Assembly (NCBI GenBank): GCA_965205605.1
Contig: CBDBHE010000007.1
Coordinates: 96,001-160,000 of the forward strand
Direction: 5' to 3'
DNA length: 64,000 nucleotides
DNA from: Spirochaetota bacterium
GTDB lineage: Bacteria; Spirochaetota; UBA12135; COTS27; CBDBHE01
Under the pieces are notes generated by a model that was given only the letters and a program-made list of their open reading frames with translations, did no database searches and had not been told where the DNA came from. Position 1 is the first letter of the stretch; the number at the start of each line of letters is the position of its first letter. Made by a program: the position numbers and the translations under genes. Positions 20,166 to 30,233 of this stretch are shown here, piece by piece.

Positions 20166-21233
20166 ATGGAAAATAGAACAAAAGAAGAAATCGCTTTAGA
20201 CCTCTCCCAAGGAGATGAAAATATTAAAGATAAACTATTAAATGGAGAAATAAAAAATATTTTCATTATCAAGGGTTATTTTGAAGACCAAAATAGAAAA
20301 AGAAAACATTATTTTTCTATGACAATGAAAAAAAACCCTGCAAGTATTCAAAACATAATCGCCACTTCCCCTTCTCTTTCTACAACAGGGCACATCAACA
20401 TAAAAGAAAAATGGGAAAATTTTTTTTCGTTTCAATACGCTCAGTATGCTAGTAAAAATACAAGTAATAAAGAATCAGCTACTGTTATCAAAATACTACA
20501 AAGCATCACAGCTAATAAATTAACTTCTTTATTACACTCTTCTAACTCAAATCGAGATTTGGATCAAATATTAAATTTGTTTTCAGATAATCTCTACAAT
20601 TACACCGGCCAAGATGTTAATTTAAAATGCCACATCGACAATATCAATGAGCTTGAATACATCTATGGGAATCAACAGATCCAGCTAGCAGAACAACAAC
20701 AAAGAGAAACGAAGGATAAAGACGCTAAAGATAATAAAGAACCTGAAGATATTAAGCCAACAGGCCCTAATTTAAGTAGTCTCAATTATTGGAAAGAACG
20801 CTACCCTAATATGGATTTTCTAAAAGCAACTAGCGTTATTAGTATCAAAGGTCAACCTCCAAACTATCATGAAAAAGGGGATAAGCTATATATTAAGCTT
20901 GACATTTCTTCTCCAAAGGAAAAAGAACTTGCAAAAAAACTAAATGTTTATAATGAAAAAACGGATCAAGCTTACAAAGTCGCCTCTACTATTTTAGAAA
21001 TCACTAAAGATAATGTTGAAACTTATCATGTTGTAGCTCAAGTTACAGAAAATAAAGTAGCAAAGATATTAATAGAAGACAAACATGCTTTATTAGCAGC
21101 TCCTACTCCTCCTAAAAAAAAAATGCTTGAAGACGAAATCAAAAGCAATAAAAAAAAATTGTTTAATTTTATTATGGTTGGATCTATCGTTTTGGCTTTT
21201 TTAATAGTCACTTTAATAGCTTTATTTCTCTAG
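20166..21233 (+). CDS. Hypothetical protein with C-terminal membrane anchor
   Basis: 355-aa ORF with charged linker and hydrophobic C-terminus; no motif recognised with confidence. Confidence 0.7.
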   Translation: MENRTKEEIALDLSQGDENIKDKLLNGEIKNIFIIKGYFEDQNRKRKHYFSMTMKKNPASIQNIIATSPSLSTTGHINIKEKWENFFSFQYAQYASKNTSNKESATVIKILQSITANKLTSLLHSSNSNRDLDQILNLFSDNLYNYTGQDVNLKCHIDNINELEYIYGNQQIQLAEQQQRETKDKDAKDNKEPEDIKPTGPNLSSLNYWKERYPNMDFLKATSVISIKGQPPNYHEKGDKLYIKLDISSPKEKELAKKLNVYNEKTDQAYKVASTILEITKDNVETYHVVAQVTENKVAKILIEDKHALLAAPTPPKKKMLEDEIKSNKKKLFNFIMVGSIVLAFLIVTLIALFL

Positions 21234-21908
21234 TTTATTTTTAAAAAAAGCAGCTTCTCTTTGAATAATTTTTAAAAGAGAAGGAATTTTATTTTTTTCA
21301 AAAGAAAAAATCCTTTTTGAAAATATTTTCAAATCTTCTTTGGTGTCAATGCTAATTCTCATTTTTGAATAATGGTATTCTTTAGGTGCTTTTTTAATAT
21401 TAATACAAAAAAGATGTTGGTTACGATAAAGAAACTGAGTTGGGTGTTCTCTCTCAAAAGAATCAACTGCTAAAGAAGCTGCTTTTTTTAAACTAGCTGT
21501 TTTCACGACTTCCACCCCAGCTCCATAAGGTAGCCCTTCAAAATAAGACACGTCATGCCTCACCTTATCATGTAGCCTCACAATTCCAAGCAAGCACTTC
21601 ACTGATGTCAATGGATTATCAGCGGTGACTCTTACAAAAGTGTTTGATGGCACTGCTTCACAAGCTTTTTCGTAACGCAAAAGCAAATCTTCTTCACTGC
21701 CCCCAACAATTAAAAGAGAATATTTTTTTTCTAAAAATGAAAAGGCTTCTTTTTCTTTTTCTGGCACTGCTAAAACAAGTGGCAACTTTGTTAAAAGCAA
21801 ACGATCTAAAAGGTATTCAATGAGAGTCTTATTTTTTACTTTTTTAAAAACTTTTCCATACAGTCTCGCTGAATTAATTCTTGCTTGAATAATAATAGGG
21901 ACTTTCAT
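21222..21908 (-). CDS. SpsF-like sugar cytidylyltransferase
   Basis: IIQARINSARLYGKV, GSEEDLLLR, RVTADNPL, REHPT and SIDTKED motifs. Confidence 0.88.
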   Translation of the reverse strand: MKVPIIIQARINSARLYGKVFKKVKNKTLIEYLLDRLLLTKLPLVLAVPEKEKEAFSFLEKKYSLLIVGGSEEDLLLRYEKACEAVPSNTFVRVTADNPLTSVKCLLGIVRLHDKVRHDVSYFEGLPYGAGVEVVKTASLKKAASLAVDSFEREHPTQFLYRNQHLFCINIKKAPKEYHYSKMRISIDTKEDLKIFSKRIFSFEKNKIPSLLKIIQREAAFFKNKLEK

Positions 21909-23347
21909 ACCTTAAGAGAGGGTGGTTTTAAAGGTTTGAAATTTTTAAGAAAAGGGTTTACCGATGTTTTAATAAAATCTACGGTTATCACATCACTAAG
22001 CCCAATATAATTTTTAGCATTTTTAAGTTTGTTTAATGCTTCTTCTGAAAGATTAAAAGCAGGCTCTGCTGCGATAAGTTGTAAAAGGTTATTATTTTTT
22101 CCTTCTTCTTTAATGCGTTTACCAGCCTCCATTGATAAGACTCGTATCACTTCATGAAGTTTTTGTCGATCTCCACCATTTTTAACACTTTCCATTAAGA
22201 TGTTTTCACTCATCATAAAAGGCAGCTCTTCTTGAAGATGCCTATCAATCATTTTTGGGTAAACAACAATTCCACTACTAATATTGCGATAAATATCTAA
22301 AATAGCATCTACTGCTAAAAAAGCTTGCGGGATCGAAAGTCGTTTATTAGCTGAATCATCGAGAGTCCTCTCAAACCACTGGGTAGATGCTGTGTAAGCT
22401 GTTGTGTGGTTTAAAGCCATCACAAAACGACTAAGAGATCCTATTCGTTCACTTTTCATCGGATTTCTTTTATATGGCATTGCCGAAGAACCTATTTGAT
22501 TTTCTTCAAAAGGTTCTTCTAATTCTTTTTTGTTTTGCAAAAGCCTCATGTCAAAAGCAAACTTCGAAGCACTTTGCCCAAGAGAAGATAAAATAGAAAG
22601 GGCCTTATCATCCAATTTTCTTGTGTAAGTTTGACCTGTAATGAGTAAATTTTTTTCAAAACCACATTTGTTTCGAATGGATTCATCAATTTTTTTAATT
22701 TTTTTTAAATCGCCATTAAAAAGTTTTGCAAAACTTGCTAAAGTGCCTGTGGTTCCTTTGATGCCTCGAAAAGGAAGATCCTCTATAAAATCAATGACTG
22801 CTTGCAAATCTAAAAGAAGCTCTTGAAGCCAAAGACAAGCTCGCTTACCAACAGTAGTCAATTGAGCTGCTTGAAAATGAGTGTACCCTAAAGTAGGTAA
22901 ATCTTTATATTTTAAAGCAAATTTTTTCAAATTAAAAATAATGTCTAAAATCTTACTTTTAAGAAGAAAAAAAGCTTTTTTAATCTGAATCAAATCCGTA
23001 TTATCAACGACATAAGCAGAAGTGGCCCCTAAATGAATGATCGGTGCTGACTTAGGACAAAGATCACAAAAAGCATGAATGTGAGCCATCACATCATGTT
23101 TAAAATTTTTTTCATATTGAGCAATCAATTCATAATCAAATTTTTCTAAGTTTTCTTTCATTTGATCAATTTGCTCTTTTGTAATAGAAAGCCCTTGTTC
23201 TTTTTGAGCTTCTGCTAAATAAACCCACAACTTTCTCCAAGTTGTAAATCTAAAATGAGAAGAAAAAATAAATAACATTTCTTTTGAAGCATATCTTTTT
23301 TCAAGAGGATTTTCATACACATCATTAATTTGATTGTTTTGTTTCAT
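21905..23347 (-). CDS. purB: Adenylosuccinate lyase
   Basis: HDVMAH, HLGATS and GSSAMPYKRNP motifs. Confidence 0.97.
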   Translation of the reverse strand: MKQNNQINDVYENPLEKRYASKEMLFIFSSHFRFTTWRKLWVYLAEAQKEQGLSITKEQIDQMKENLEKFDYELIAQYEKNFKHDVMAHIHAFCDLCPKSAPIIHLGATSAYVVDNTDLIQIKKAFFLLKSKILDIIFNLKKFALKYKDLPTLGYTHFQAAQLTTVGKRACLWLQELLLDLQAVIDFIEDLPFRGIKGTTGTLASFAKLFNGDLKKIKKIDESIRNKCGFEKNLLITGQTYTRKLDDKALSILSSLGQSASKFAFDMRLLQNKKELEEPFEENQIGSSAMPYKRNPMKSERIGSLSRFVMALNHTTAYTASTQWFERTLDDSANKRLSIPQAFLAVDAILDIYRNISSGIVVYPKMIDRHLQEELPFMMSENILMESVKNGGDRQKLHEVIRVLSMEAGKRIKEEGKNNNLLQLIAAEPAFNLSEEALNKLKNAKNYIGLSDVITVDFIKTSVNPFLKNFKPLKPPSLKV

Positions 23348-23383
23348 CGAATTCCCTTTTTTATGATCCCTTAATAAATAAAA

Positions 23384-24310
23384 TCAACGTTTTTTTCGCT
23401 TTTTTCTCTTTAAAGCAAGTTTTTCTTTAAACCTAAAAAACACTTCAACTGAAAAAGAATTCTTATTCCCAGCCCAATCTTCACATTCTCCCTCAAAAAC
23501 ATGCCTTTTTTTACGAGGCGTAAAAGCTCCTAAACGATAATTATGCTTAACACCATAAGTTTCTTTAAAAGAGTATTTAGAGGAAACAAGCAGATTTTTA
23601 TTTTCTTTAGTCAAATAAGAAAAATCATAACTCCTTAAGGTTTTTCCATCGACTTTCAAAGTAATTTTTTTTATCCCACACCCTGTATACGAATTAATGG
23701 GTGTTTTTGGAGAATAAAAAGGTTTTAAATCCCAAGCAACTATAAAAAGCTTCATAGTCCCCCCATAATTAAAAAAAGAACGATTCTTAATTTTATAAAT
23801 CTTATTAGCAATAACAGCTAAAATAGCAGGCACACGTGGTTTCACAACATCTTCTATTTTGGGAAGGTATTTTAAAGGATTGACAATACGTCCTTTTTTA
23901 AACTCTTCTAAAAGAAAATGAAGATGCGCTCCAAGTGATCTTCCTGAATTACCAGAAACCGCAAGAAATGTCTCAGGGTAAACTTTTACAAGATCTCTTT
24001 CAACGCTCCCTTTTTTTAAATGATAATAATAACTTCTTACTTCTTCATGTTCGATCACCATTAAATTGCCACAACCTAAAATAAGTTGTAAAGGATTTTT
24101 AGCACGATCTTTGGTAAAAATCACTTCCCCTTCTTTAATAGGGTACACTCTTTGGGTACCGGAAAAATCAATCCCATTATGAAAATGATCCCCTCGAAAC
24201 TCTCCAAAAAGAGACGTGATGCGGTTTCTCCTTACAGGAAACGAAGTCGCCTTCCAATTAGCTTCTAAAAATAAAGGCACTAATAATAAAACAAAAAAAA
24301 TAAGTCTCAT
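23384..24310 (-). CDS. M23 family metallopeptidase
   Basis: Signal peptide; FGEFRGDHFHNGIDF, YYHL and GRSLGAHLHF motifs. Confidence 0.9.
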   Translation of the reverse strand: MRLIFFVLLLVPLFLEANWKATSFPVRRNRITSLFGEFRGDHFHNGIDFSGTQRVYPIKEGEVIFTKDRAKNPLQLILGCGNLMVIEHEEVRSYYYHLKKGSVERDLVKVYPETFLAVSGNSGRSLGAHLHFLLEEFKKGRIVNPLKYLPKIEDVVKPRVPAILAVIANKIYKIKNRSFFNYGGTMKLFIVAWDLKPFYSPKTPINSYTGCGIKKITLKVDGKTLRSYDFSYLTKENKNLLVSSKYSFKETYGVKHNYRLGAFTPRKKRHVFEGECEDWAGNKNSFSVEVFFRFKEKLALKRKKRKKR

Positions 24311-24453
24311 AATTACTAAATTAAATCAATACAAAACGATAGTATTTAGTTTTCATTGTATCAAAATTCCCTTAAAAACACAATTTTTTTAAACAAAACA
24401 GCCAATGGTATAATTAATCTTTAAACAAAACAAATTAAGTTTTAGATTCAAAA

Positions 24454-25332
24454 ATGGCTTTAGAAATTAATGGAGAAATCTTAGATGACGATTTAATCAA
24501 TGAAGAATTAGATCATTTTAAAAAAAAACATGCTCCAGATCTAACTGAAAAAACACTCACTCAAAAAGAACTTTTAAAAAAAGTTAAAAATCATCTCATT
24601 AAAAAAACACTTTTATTTCAAGAAGCTAAAAAAAGTCATACTCATTTCTCTAAGCAAGAAATTGAAAACTTTTACAAAAAAAAAATGCAGTCTTATCAAA
24701 ATGAAAATGATTTCTATACCCTCTACGGTCTATCTTTTTATCAAAAACAAAAAGTAAAACAACATCTTGAGCTTAATATGAAAGTAGAATCTTTATTAGA
24801 AAATTACTGTAAAGACATTCAACCCATCACAAAAGAACATCTAAAAATGTTTTATGAAGATAATTTGTCCTCATACCTTAGTCCAGAAAGTTTTACCTTG
24901 GCTATTTTAGCAACACAAGACAGTCCTAAATTGAAAAAAAAAATCGACTTTATTCAAAAAGAAACAAATCTTATCAAAAAAAAATCAGCTTTTATTAATC
25001 TAATAAAAACCACACCCCCCTTAACAGAAGACTATTTATTAAAAGAAATTCCTAAAAAAGAGATGCTTAAAAACAATCAATTTCAATTAATTCATTTTGA
25101 AGAGGGAGAGATTGCTACAAAAGAAACCACCTATCAAAAAAAAACTTTTGCCATGATCATTAAAAAACATGCGAGGATACTACTTTCTTTTGAAAAAACC
25201 AAGCAAAAAGTTTATCAAGACTTAATCGAAGAGCTAAGAATCCTTAAAGTACAAGCTTACTTAAATCAATTGGAAAAAAATGCTACTATCATCGATGATG
25301 GTACCAATACTAATCTATTTTCTTTTTCTTAG
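24454..25332 (+). CDS. SurA/PrsA-like chaperone, PPIase core degenerate
   Basis: EINGE start, LIKKTLLFQEAK, FYEDN, C-terminal YLNQLEKNATI pattern. Confidence 0.6.
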   Translation: MALEINGEILDDDLINEELDHFKKKHAPDLTEKTLTQKELLKKVKNHLIKKTLLFQEAKKSHTHFSKQEIENFYKKKMQSYQNENDFYTLYGLSFYQKQKVKQHLELNMKVESLLENYCKDIQPITKEHLKMFYEDNLSSYLSPESFTLAILATQDSPKLKKKIDFIQKETNLIKKKSAFINLIKTTPPLTEDYLLKEIPKKEMLKNNQFQLIHFEEGEIATKETTYQKKTFAMIIKKHARILLSFEKTKQKVYQDLIEELRILKVQAYLNQLEKNATIIDDGTNTNLFSFS

Positions 25333-25534
25333 TTGAAAACAAAGGGTTAATTGGAGACAAGAAAATAAGTCCTAAAAAAAAAGAAACCATTAATAGAAGA
25401 CTCACTTGTACTTCTTTAAAAGTCCAACCTAAAAAATTAATTTGCACACGTCTAGAAATATTTTGAACCACAAAAAAAACAATAGCAATAATGAAAACCC
25501 ATCTTAAAATAAGTCGAAATTGATTTTTCCCCAT
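25310..25534 (-). CDS. LapA (DUF1049) family membrane protein
   Basis: Two TM helices with VQN...VQINFLGW...SFFLG. Confidence 0.75.
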   Translation of the reverse strand: MGKNQFRLILRWVFIIAIVFFVVQNISRRVQINFLGWTFKEVQVSLLLMVSFFLGLIFLSPINPLFSTKKKKID

Positions 25535-25579
25535 CTTTAATTTAAGTATATAATGTTTACAAATTGACTTTAATAGACG

Positions 25580-26023
25580 ATGTATCTTTTACTTAAAAAA
25601 AAATCTTCTTCAGAAAAAAGCTCAAAAAAAATCGCCAAACTTATTTGGAATACACTAAACTTCAATGACAACATTATTGTTACAGGAGCTCTTGGAGCTG
25701 GAAAATCATTTTTTATTAGAGAAATCCTAAGGCTTTCAAAGGTAAAACCCCCTATCCCTTCTCCTAGCTTTTCTTTAATATTGTCTTATGAAATCTATCT
25801 AAAAAAAAAATGGATTTCCTGTCATCATTTAGACTTATATCGCATTGCAAAAGAAAGCGAATTGTTTGATCTTGGCATCAATGACTATTTAAATCAAAAT
25901 TGTCTTATTTTTATTGAATGGGCCAATCGATTTCCTAATTATTTTAACAAAAAAATAACCAAAGAAATCACCATCAATTTAAAAGAAAATAAACGTGTTA
26001 TTTCCCTTTGGGAATATAATTAA
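25580..26023 (+). CDS. tsaE: tRNA t6A biosynthesis ATPase TsaE
   Basis: GALGAGKS, SPSF, HLDLYR and IEWA motifs. Confidence 0.95.
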   Translation: MYLLLKKKSSSEKSSKKIAKLIWNTLNFNDNIIVTGALGAGKSFFIREILRLSKVKPPIPSPSFSLILSYEIYLKKKWISCHHLDLYRIAKESELFDLGINDYLNQNCLIFIEWANRFPNYFNKKITKEITINLKENKRVISLWEYN

Positions 26024-26744
26024 CATTTTCCCCAAATCCTATTTCTGTTACGTATTCATTATTAGGATCAAGCATTAACTTTCCATCAACTCTATATTTA
26101 TAAAAAGTGCGATTAGAATCAATGTGTTTCTCAATCACCCAATACACCCCTTCTAAACGCATATAATCCACATACGGATCCCAGAGGTTGTCATTCCCTA
26201 TCCAACTGACTTTTTGATAACGCTGATCTTTTAAAAAAAACTTATACACCCTACCTTTAATTCTCTTAGGGCTTTTTTTAATAAAAACCATATCCTTTTC
26301 TAAGTAAAAAGCCGACATCAAAGTCCCATAACGATCATTAACTTGGTGTGATTGACTAGGGTCATTAATCCAAACTTTATTAACAAAAAAACGATAGGTA
26401 TATTCTCCTGCTTTGAGTTCTAAAGGAATAAAAACTTCATAAATACCATAATCTTTTTTTTTCATTTTAAATTTCCTCGTCCAATTTAAAAAGCTACCTG
26501 AAAGAGAAACTGTATCATTCTCTTTACCCCCATAGGTAAATAAAATCCCATCTTGGTATAAAATAGGGACTCCTATCCCCATTTGTTTCTTTTTTAAAAT
26601 AGACTCTCGATACAAAAGATCAACTTTTTGAATGGACTCTATAACAACTCCATCATCTTTTTTAATGAAGGCTTGTTCGAAAGCCATTGAATAATTAACA
26701 AACAAAGCCGTAAGCAAGATGAAATTAAAACTAATTTTAAGCAT
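25998..26744 (-). CDS. Exported protein with two glycogen-binding (CBM48/AMPK1_CBM-like) domains
   Basis: Signal peptide; LSGSFLNW...YRFFVNKVWINDP and IGNDNLWDP...YKYRVDGKLMLDPNN. Confidence 0.75.
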   Translation of the reverse strand: MLKISFNFILLTALFVNYSMAFEQAFIKKDDGVVIESIQKVDLLYRESILKKKQMGIGVPILYQDGILFTYGGKENDTVSLSGSFLNWTRKFKMKKKDYGIYEVFIPLELKAGEYTYRFFVNKVWINDPSQSHQVNDRYGTLMSAFYLEKDMVFIKKSPKRIKGRVYKFFLKDQRYQKVSWIGNDNLWDPYVDYMRLEGVYWVIEKHIDSNRTFYKYRVDGKLMLDPNNEYVTEIGFGENVNYIPKGK

Positions 26745-27582
26745 TTTTTTTCCGAAAATAAATATATTTTTTCAGATCTTTTTTTGAATAAAAAGGCTTA
26801 AGGGGTACCCCATGTCCGCCTATATTTCTTTTTCTTCTTCCTTCAATTAAAAAAGAAATGGTGTCAAAAGATTTTTTTGAAGAAGGAATGGTTAACAACG
26901 TCCATAAGAGTTGTTGAATCTGAAGATGCAGTCCTTTATCTCCATAACGATTGATTTCAAAAGCTTTATTAAAATCTAAAATCAAAACCCTGTTTTCAAT
27001 CCATGCTTTTCTTAAAATAATTTTTTTATTAAAAGAATCAAGCAGGCCTTCTTTAATTGACCGATAAGTGATAAGGTTTTTAATAATTTTAAAATAAGCA
27101 CTCTCTTGTTTAAAATTAATTTTAGCTTTATCTTTAACCGCTATAAATTGAATGCGATTTTTGCGATCATCCATCTTTGGAAAATAATAAAGGATTAATT
27201 GATTTTCTCTCTTGTTAGTTAAAAGAGGCTTTTCTTTAATGATTTTTTTTTCAATAGGTGTTTTTTTAGACTGCGTTTTTTTTTGAGAATAAGGGGTGAC
27301 TTGCTTAGACTTAGAAAAATGATTTGTTATGATTTCATAAAGATCAGAAAAAACAGAATTTTTTTGATAAAGCACCTGATAACGAACATAAAGAAAAGAA
27401 CTGGCTAAAATAAAAAAAATAATTAAATAAAATCTAAATCGGTAATTAGGCTTAAGCATTTTAGAAGGTGGTTTTTTTGCAAAAAAAGCAGATTGATCAA
27501 CTCGAAGAAAATTTGAATAAGCCGGTTTTGAATCAAGTTTTGAATTTTCTTGATGACTTTTGTTAAAATCAAAATACTTCAT
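26737..27582 (-). CDS. GerMN-domain membrane-anchored protein
   Basis: Single TM; LILDFNKAF...QLLWTL...SFLIEG pattern. Confidence 0.7.
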   Translation of the reverse strand: MKYFDFNKSHQENSKLDSKPAYSNFLRVDQSAFFAKKPPSKMLKPNYRFRFYLIIFFILASSFLYVRYQVLYQKNSVFSDLYEIITNHFSKSKQVTPYSQKKTQSKKTPIEKKIIKEKPLLTNKRENQLILYYFPKMDDRKNRIQFIAVKDKAKINFKQESAYFKIIKNLITYRSIKEGLLDSFNKKIILRKAWIENRVLILDFNKAFEINRYGDKGLHLQIQQLLWTLLTIPSSKKSFDTISFLIEGRRKRNIGGHGVPLKPFYSKKDLKKYIYFRKKNA

Positions 27583-27603
27583 TTTGTAATATTCTTAAGA
27601 AGA

Positions 27604-27630
27604 TTATCGATATTTTTTTCAGTCGCATTA
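27604..27630 (-). promoter_or_regulatory. Sigma28-like promoter
   Basis: Minus strand TAAT-N15-ATCGATAA just upstream of the GerMN gene. Confidence 0.45.
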
Positions 27631-27786
27631 TTTCTTTTTTAAGTTTTGAAAATTTTTAAAAAATATTCTTTAAAAAAAAAGCAGAAAAATCATAATATAA
27701 TCAAATCTTACTTGATAATTGACAAAAATAAAATTTCATATTTATTTTAAATACAACCTCTTGAAAATAGCAACATTAATCAAAAA

Positions 27787-28746
27787 ATGAAAAGCAATAC
27801 TATTAATTTAAAAAAAATCATTGATTATTCACAAAACACCAATGACAACCTTAAGATCAATTTAATTTCTAAAAATCACACATTAAATCGCCCTATTTCT
27901 CCAATTGAAATTAATCGACCAGGTTTAAGCTTAGTAGGATTCTATGATTATTTTGCTTATCACCGTATCCAAGTCATTGGTCAAGGAGAATATGCTTATC
28001 TTAAAAAGATAAAAACAGATTCTCAAAAAAAAGAACTCAAAAAAATGTTTTCTTATGAGATTCCTTGTTTTATTTTTTCTCATAAAAACATACCCCCTAA
28101 TTTTTTTATCGAAATGGCAAAAGAAAAAAAAATCCCTGTTGCTGTTTCAGAATTAGAAACAGGCCATTTGATTAAATTGATTAAAAATTCATTTAGAAAA
28201 ATTTTAGCTCCCAAAATTATTTATCATGGAGTCATGATGGAGCTTTATGGAATGGGTGTCCTTGTTACTGGAGAACACGGCATCGGTAAAAGTGAATGTT
28301 GTTTAGAAATTATTGAAAAAGGGCATCTTTTTATCGCTGATGATGTCATTGATATTAGACTGCTTGAAAACAATGCTTTAATGGCTTCTGGGTCTAAAGT
28401 GATCGCTCATCATATGGAGATACAAGGGATTGGGATTATTAATATTGCCCATCTTTTTGGCGTAGGTTCTATTAGAAATGAAAAAGAAATTGACTTAATC
28501 ATTCATTTAGAAACCTATGAAGCTAAAAAACATTATGAAAGAATTGGTCTTAAAACTAATAAAAAAGAAATCTTAGGAGTTAAAATCCCCATTGTAACCA
28601 TTCCGATACAGCCGGGTACCAACTTACCTGTCTTAATAGAAACTGCCACTATGAATCAAAGGCTTAAAACAAATGGATACAATACAGCTAAAGAATTTAG
28701 TAAAAAATTAATAGACTATCTTGAAGAAGGAAAAAATATCTTTTAA
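27787..28746 (+). CDS. hprK: HPr kinase/phosphorylase
   Basis: NRPGL, GEHGIGKSE, IADD and HHMEIQGIGII motifs. Confidence 0.95.
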   Translation: MKSNTINLKKIIDYSQNTNDNLKINLISKNHTLNRPISPIEINRPGLSLVGFYDYFAYHRIQVIGQGEYAYLKKIKTDSQKKELKKMFSYEIPCFIFSHKNIPPNFFIEMAKEKKIPVAVSELETGHLIKLIKNSFRKILAPKIIYHGVMMELYGMGVLVTGEHGIGKSECCLEIIEKGHLFIADDVIDIRLLENNALMASGSKVIAHHMEIQGIGIINIAHLFGVGSIRNEKEIDLIIHLETYEAKKHYERIGLKTNKKEILGVKIPIVTIPIQPGTNLPVLIETATMNQRLKTNGYNTAKEFSKKLIDYLEEGKNIF

Positions 28747-28752
28747 TACAAA

Positions 28753-29010
28753 GTGCAGCACTTCACAATAACCATTAAACATCTCCAAGGGATTCATTTA
28801 AAACCCGCCACTAAAATAATTAATATCCTAAAAAAATACCCTAACACAAAAATAGAAATCAAAAAAGAAACCGAAAAAATTGAAGCAACTTCTATTATCA
28901 ATATCTTAAGCCTCAATCTATCCTATCAAAAAGAAGTCACTCTTTATATCGAAGGGGAAGAAGAAGAAAAATGCTCCCAAGAATTAAAAAAAATTTTTCA
29001 AGACACTTAA
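28753..29010 (+). CDS. ptsH: Phosphocarrier protein HPr
   Basis: GIHLKPA (His15 region), ATSIINILSL (Ser46 region); adjacent to hprK. Confidence 0.85.
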   Translation: MQHFTITIKHLQGIHLKPATKIINILKKYPNTKIEIKKETEKIEATSIINILSLNLSYQKEVTLYIEGEEEEKCSQELKKIFQDT

Positions 29011-29292
29011 ATTAAAAAAAAACAATTCAGTTTTATTTATATTATTTTCAAAAAACAAACTTTAAACTTTTTTACTTAAAAAGAAATTTTCATCGATTCT
29101 AAAAAATAGCTCATTAACTTTTTCTTTTTCTCGATACTCTTTTTAAAAAGCGATGATTTTCTTCCCTCAAAAAAAAACCATAACAAAAGTCAAAACCCAT
29201 TTTCATTTAATTTATAAAATGATCCCCGGAGAACTCAAAATAACGACTTCTTATGAATTTAATTTTCAAGGTAATTTTTTTCAGTCTTTTGT

Positions 29293-30000
29293 TTAAGGTA
29301 ATTTTTTTTTTAATTCATTTAAATAATCTTGAGTCTGCTTAACTAATGTTGATTTTAATTGATTGATTGATGCTGGCTTATTTAACACTTCTTCTAAAAA
29401 TAAATAACTTGTCTTTTTGCCTTGAACAAAAGATTCTTTTAAATAATCTTCTAGCCTACGGTCCCTTTTATAAACAGGAATAGATCCATGTTGCAAAAAT
29501 CCATTTTGACCTCTTTTTTGAGCAGAGCCAATTAATTTTTTTCCTTTGACGGTAATCTCAAACACTCCATGATATTGATAACAAATAGCCGAACGTTTTT
29601 CTCTAGGCAATTTTTTTCTAACAAGATCCGCCTTAATTCCTAAAGAATTTAGAAATTTCAAAAGTAAATCAGCTATTTTTTCATAACTTTCAAACAGCCC
29701 CCCCCCTAAATACACACTGTCATTAGACGCTGCAATTGAATAAGTAATCTCTCTATAATGATAAACAGCCAACCCTCCTGTAATACGCTTAACAATTTCT
29801 ACCTCTTCTTCTTGACAGACTTCCTCTTTTAAAATCGATGAATCTTGGGAAAACCCTAAAGAAATACAAGGGCTTTTCCATTCATAAAAACGAATAAAAT
29901 AATCTTCTTTTGACATTTCTTGAGATTTTTTAAAATTTTCTCCATCCAACTTCATGTTTTCCATCCCACTTAAAGGAGCATTTACTTCGATACGTTGCAT
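29293..30000 (-). CDS. Lipoate-protein ligase/octanoyltransferase (LipM-like)
   Basis: NMKLD, RFYEW, RITGGLAVYH, KKLIGSAQ and LQHGSI motifs. Confidence 0.88.
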   Translation of the reverse strand: MQRIEVNAPLSGMENMKLDGENFKKSQEMSKEDYFIRFYEWKSPCISLGFSQDSSILKEEVCQEEEVEIVKRITGGLAVYHYREITYSIAASNDSVYLGGGLFESYEKIADLLLKFLNSLGIKADLVRKKLPREKRSAICYQYHGVFEITVKGKKLIGSAQKRGQNGFLQHGSIPVYKRDRRLEDYLKESFVQGKKTSYLFLEEVLNKPASINQLKSTLVKQTQDYLNELKKKLP

Positions 30001-30233
30001 TTTTTTAAAAAGAGATAAAATTTGTCTCTTCTTTACATTAACTCTAATCTATAAATTTTGTAACCTACTTTTTTGGAGAAATTACTATGAAACAAACCAG
30101 CAATGAAAAAAACTTGATTGCGACAAATAAAAAAAAAAATAAACAATCTAATGAAATGATGTATTCTAATGCTTATGATGCTTATGATGCTTTACTAACT
30201 CATCATATTTTAAAAAAAACTCATTTCTAAAAT

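Noticed and set aside
29011-29292. Possible ncRNA or gene remnant between ptsH and the lipoate ligase gene
   Set aside because: Only short broken frames and no recognisable RNA motif
30169-30193. ATGCTTATG tandem repeat in intergenic DNA
   Set aside because: Under three copies with no context; likely simple slippage
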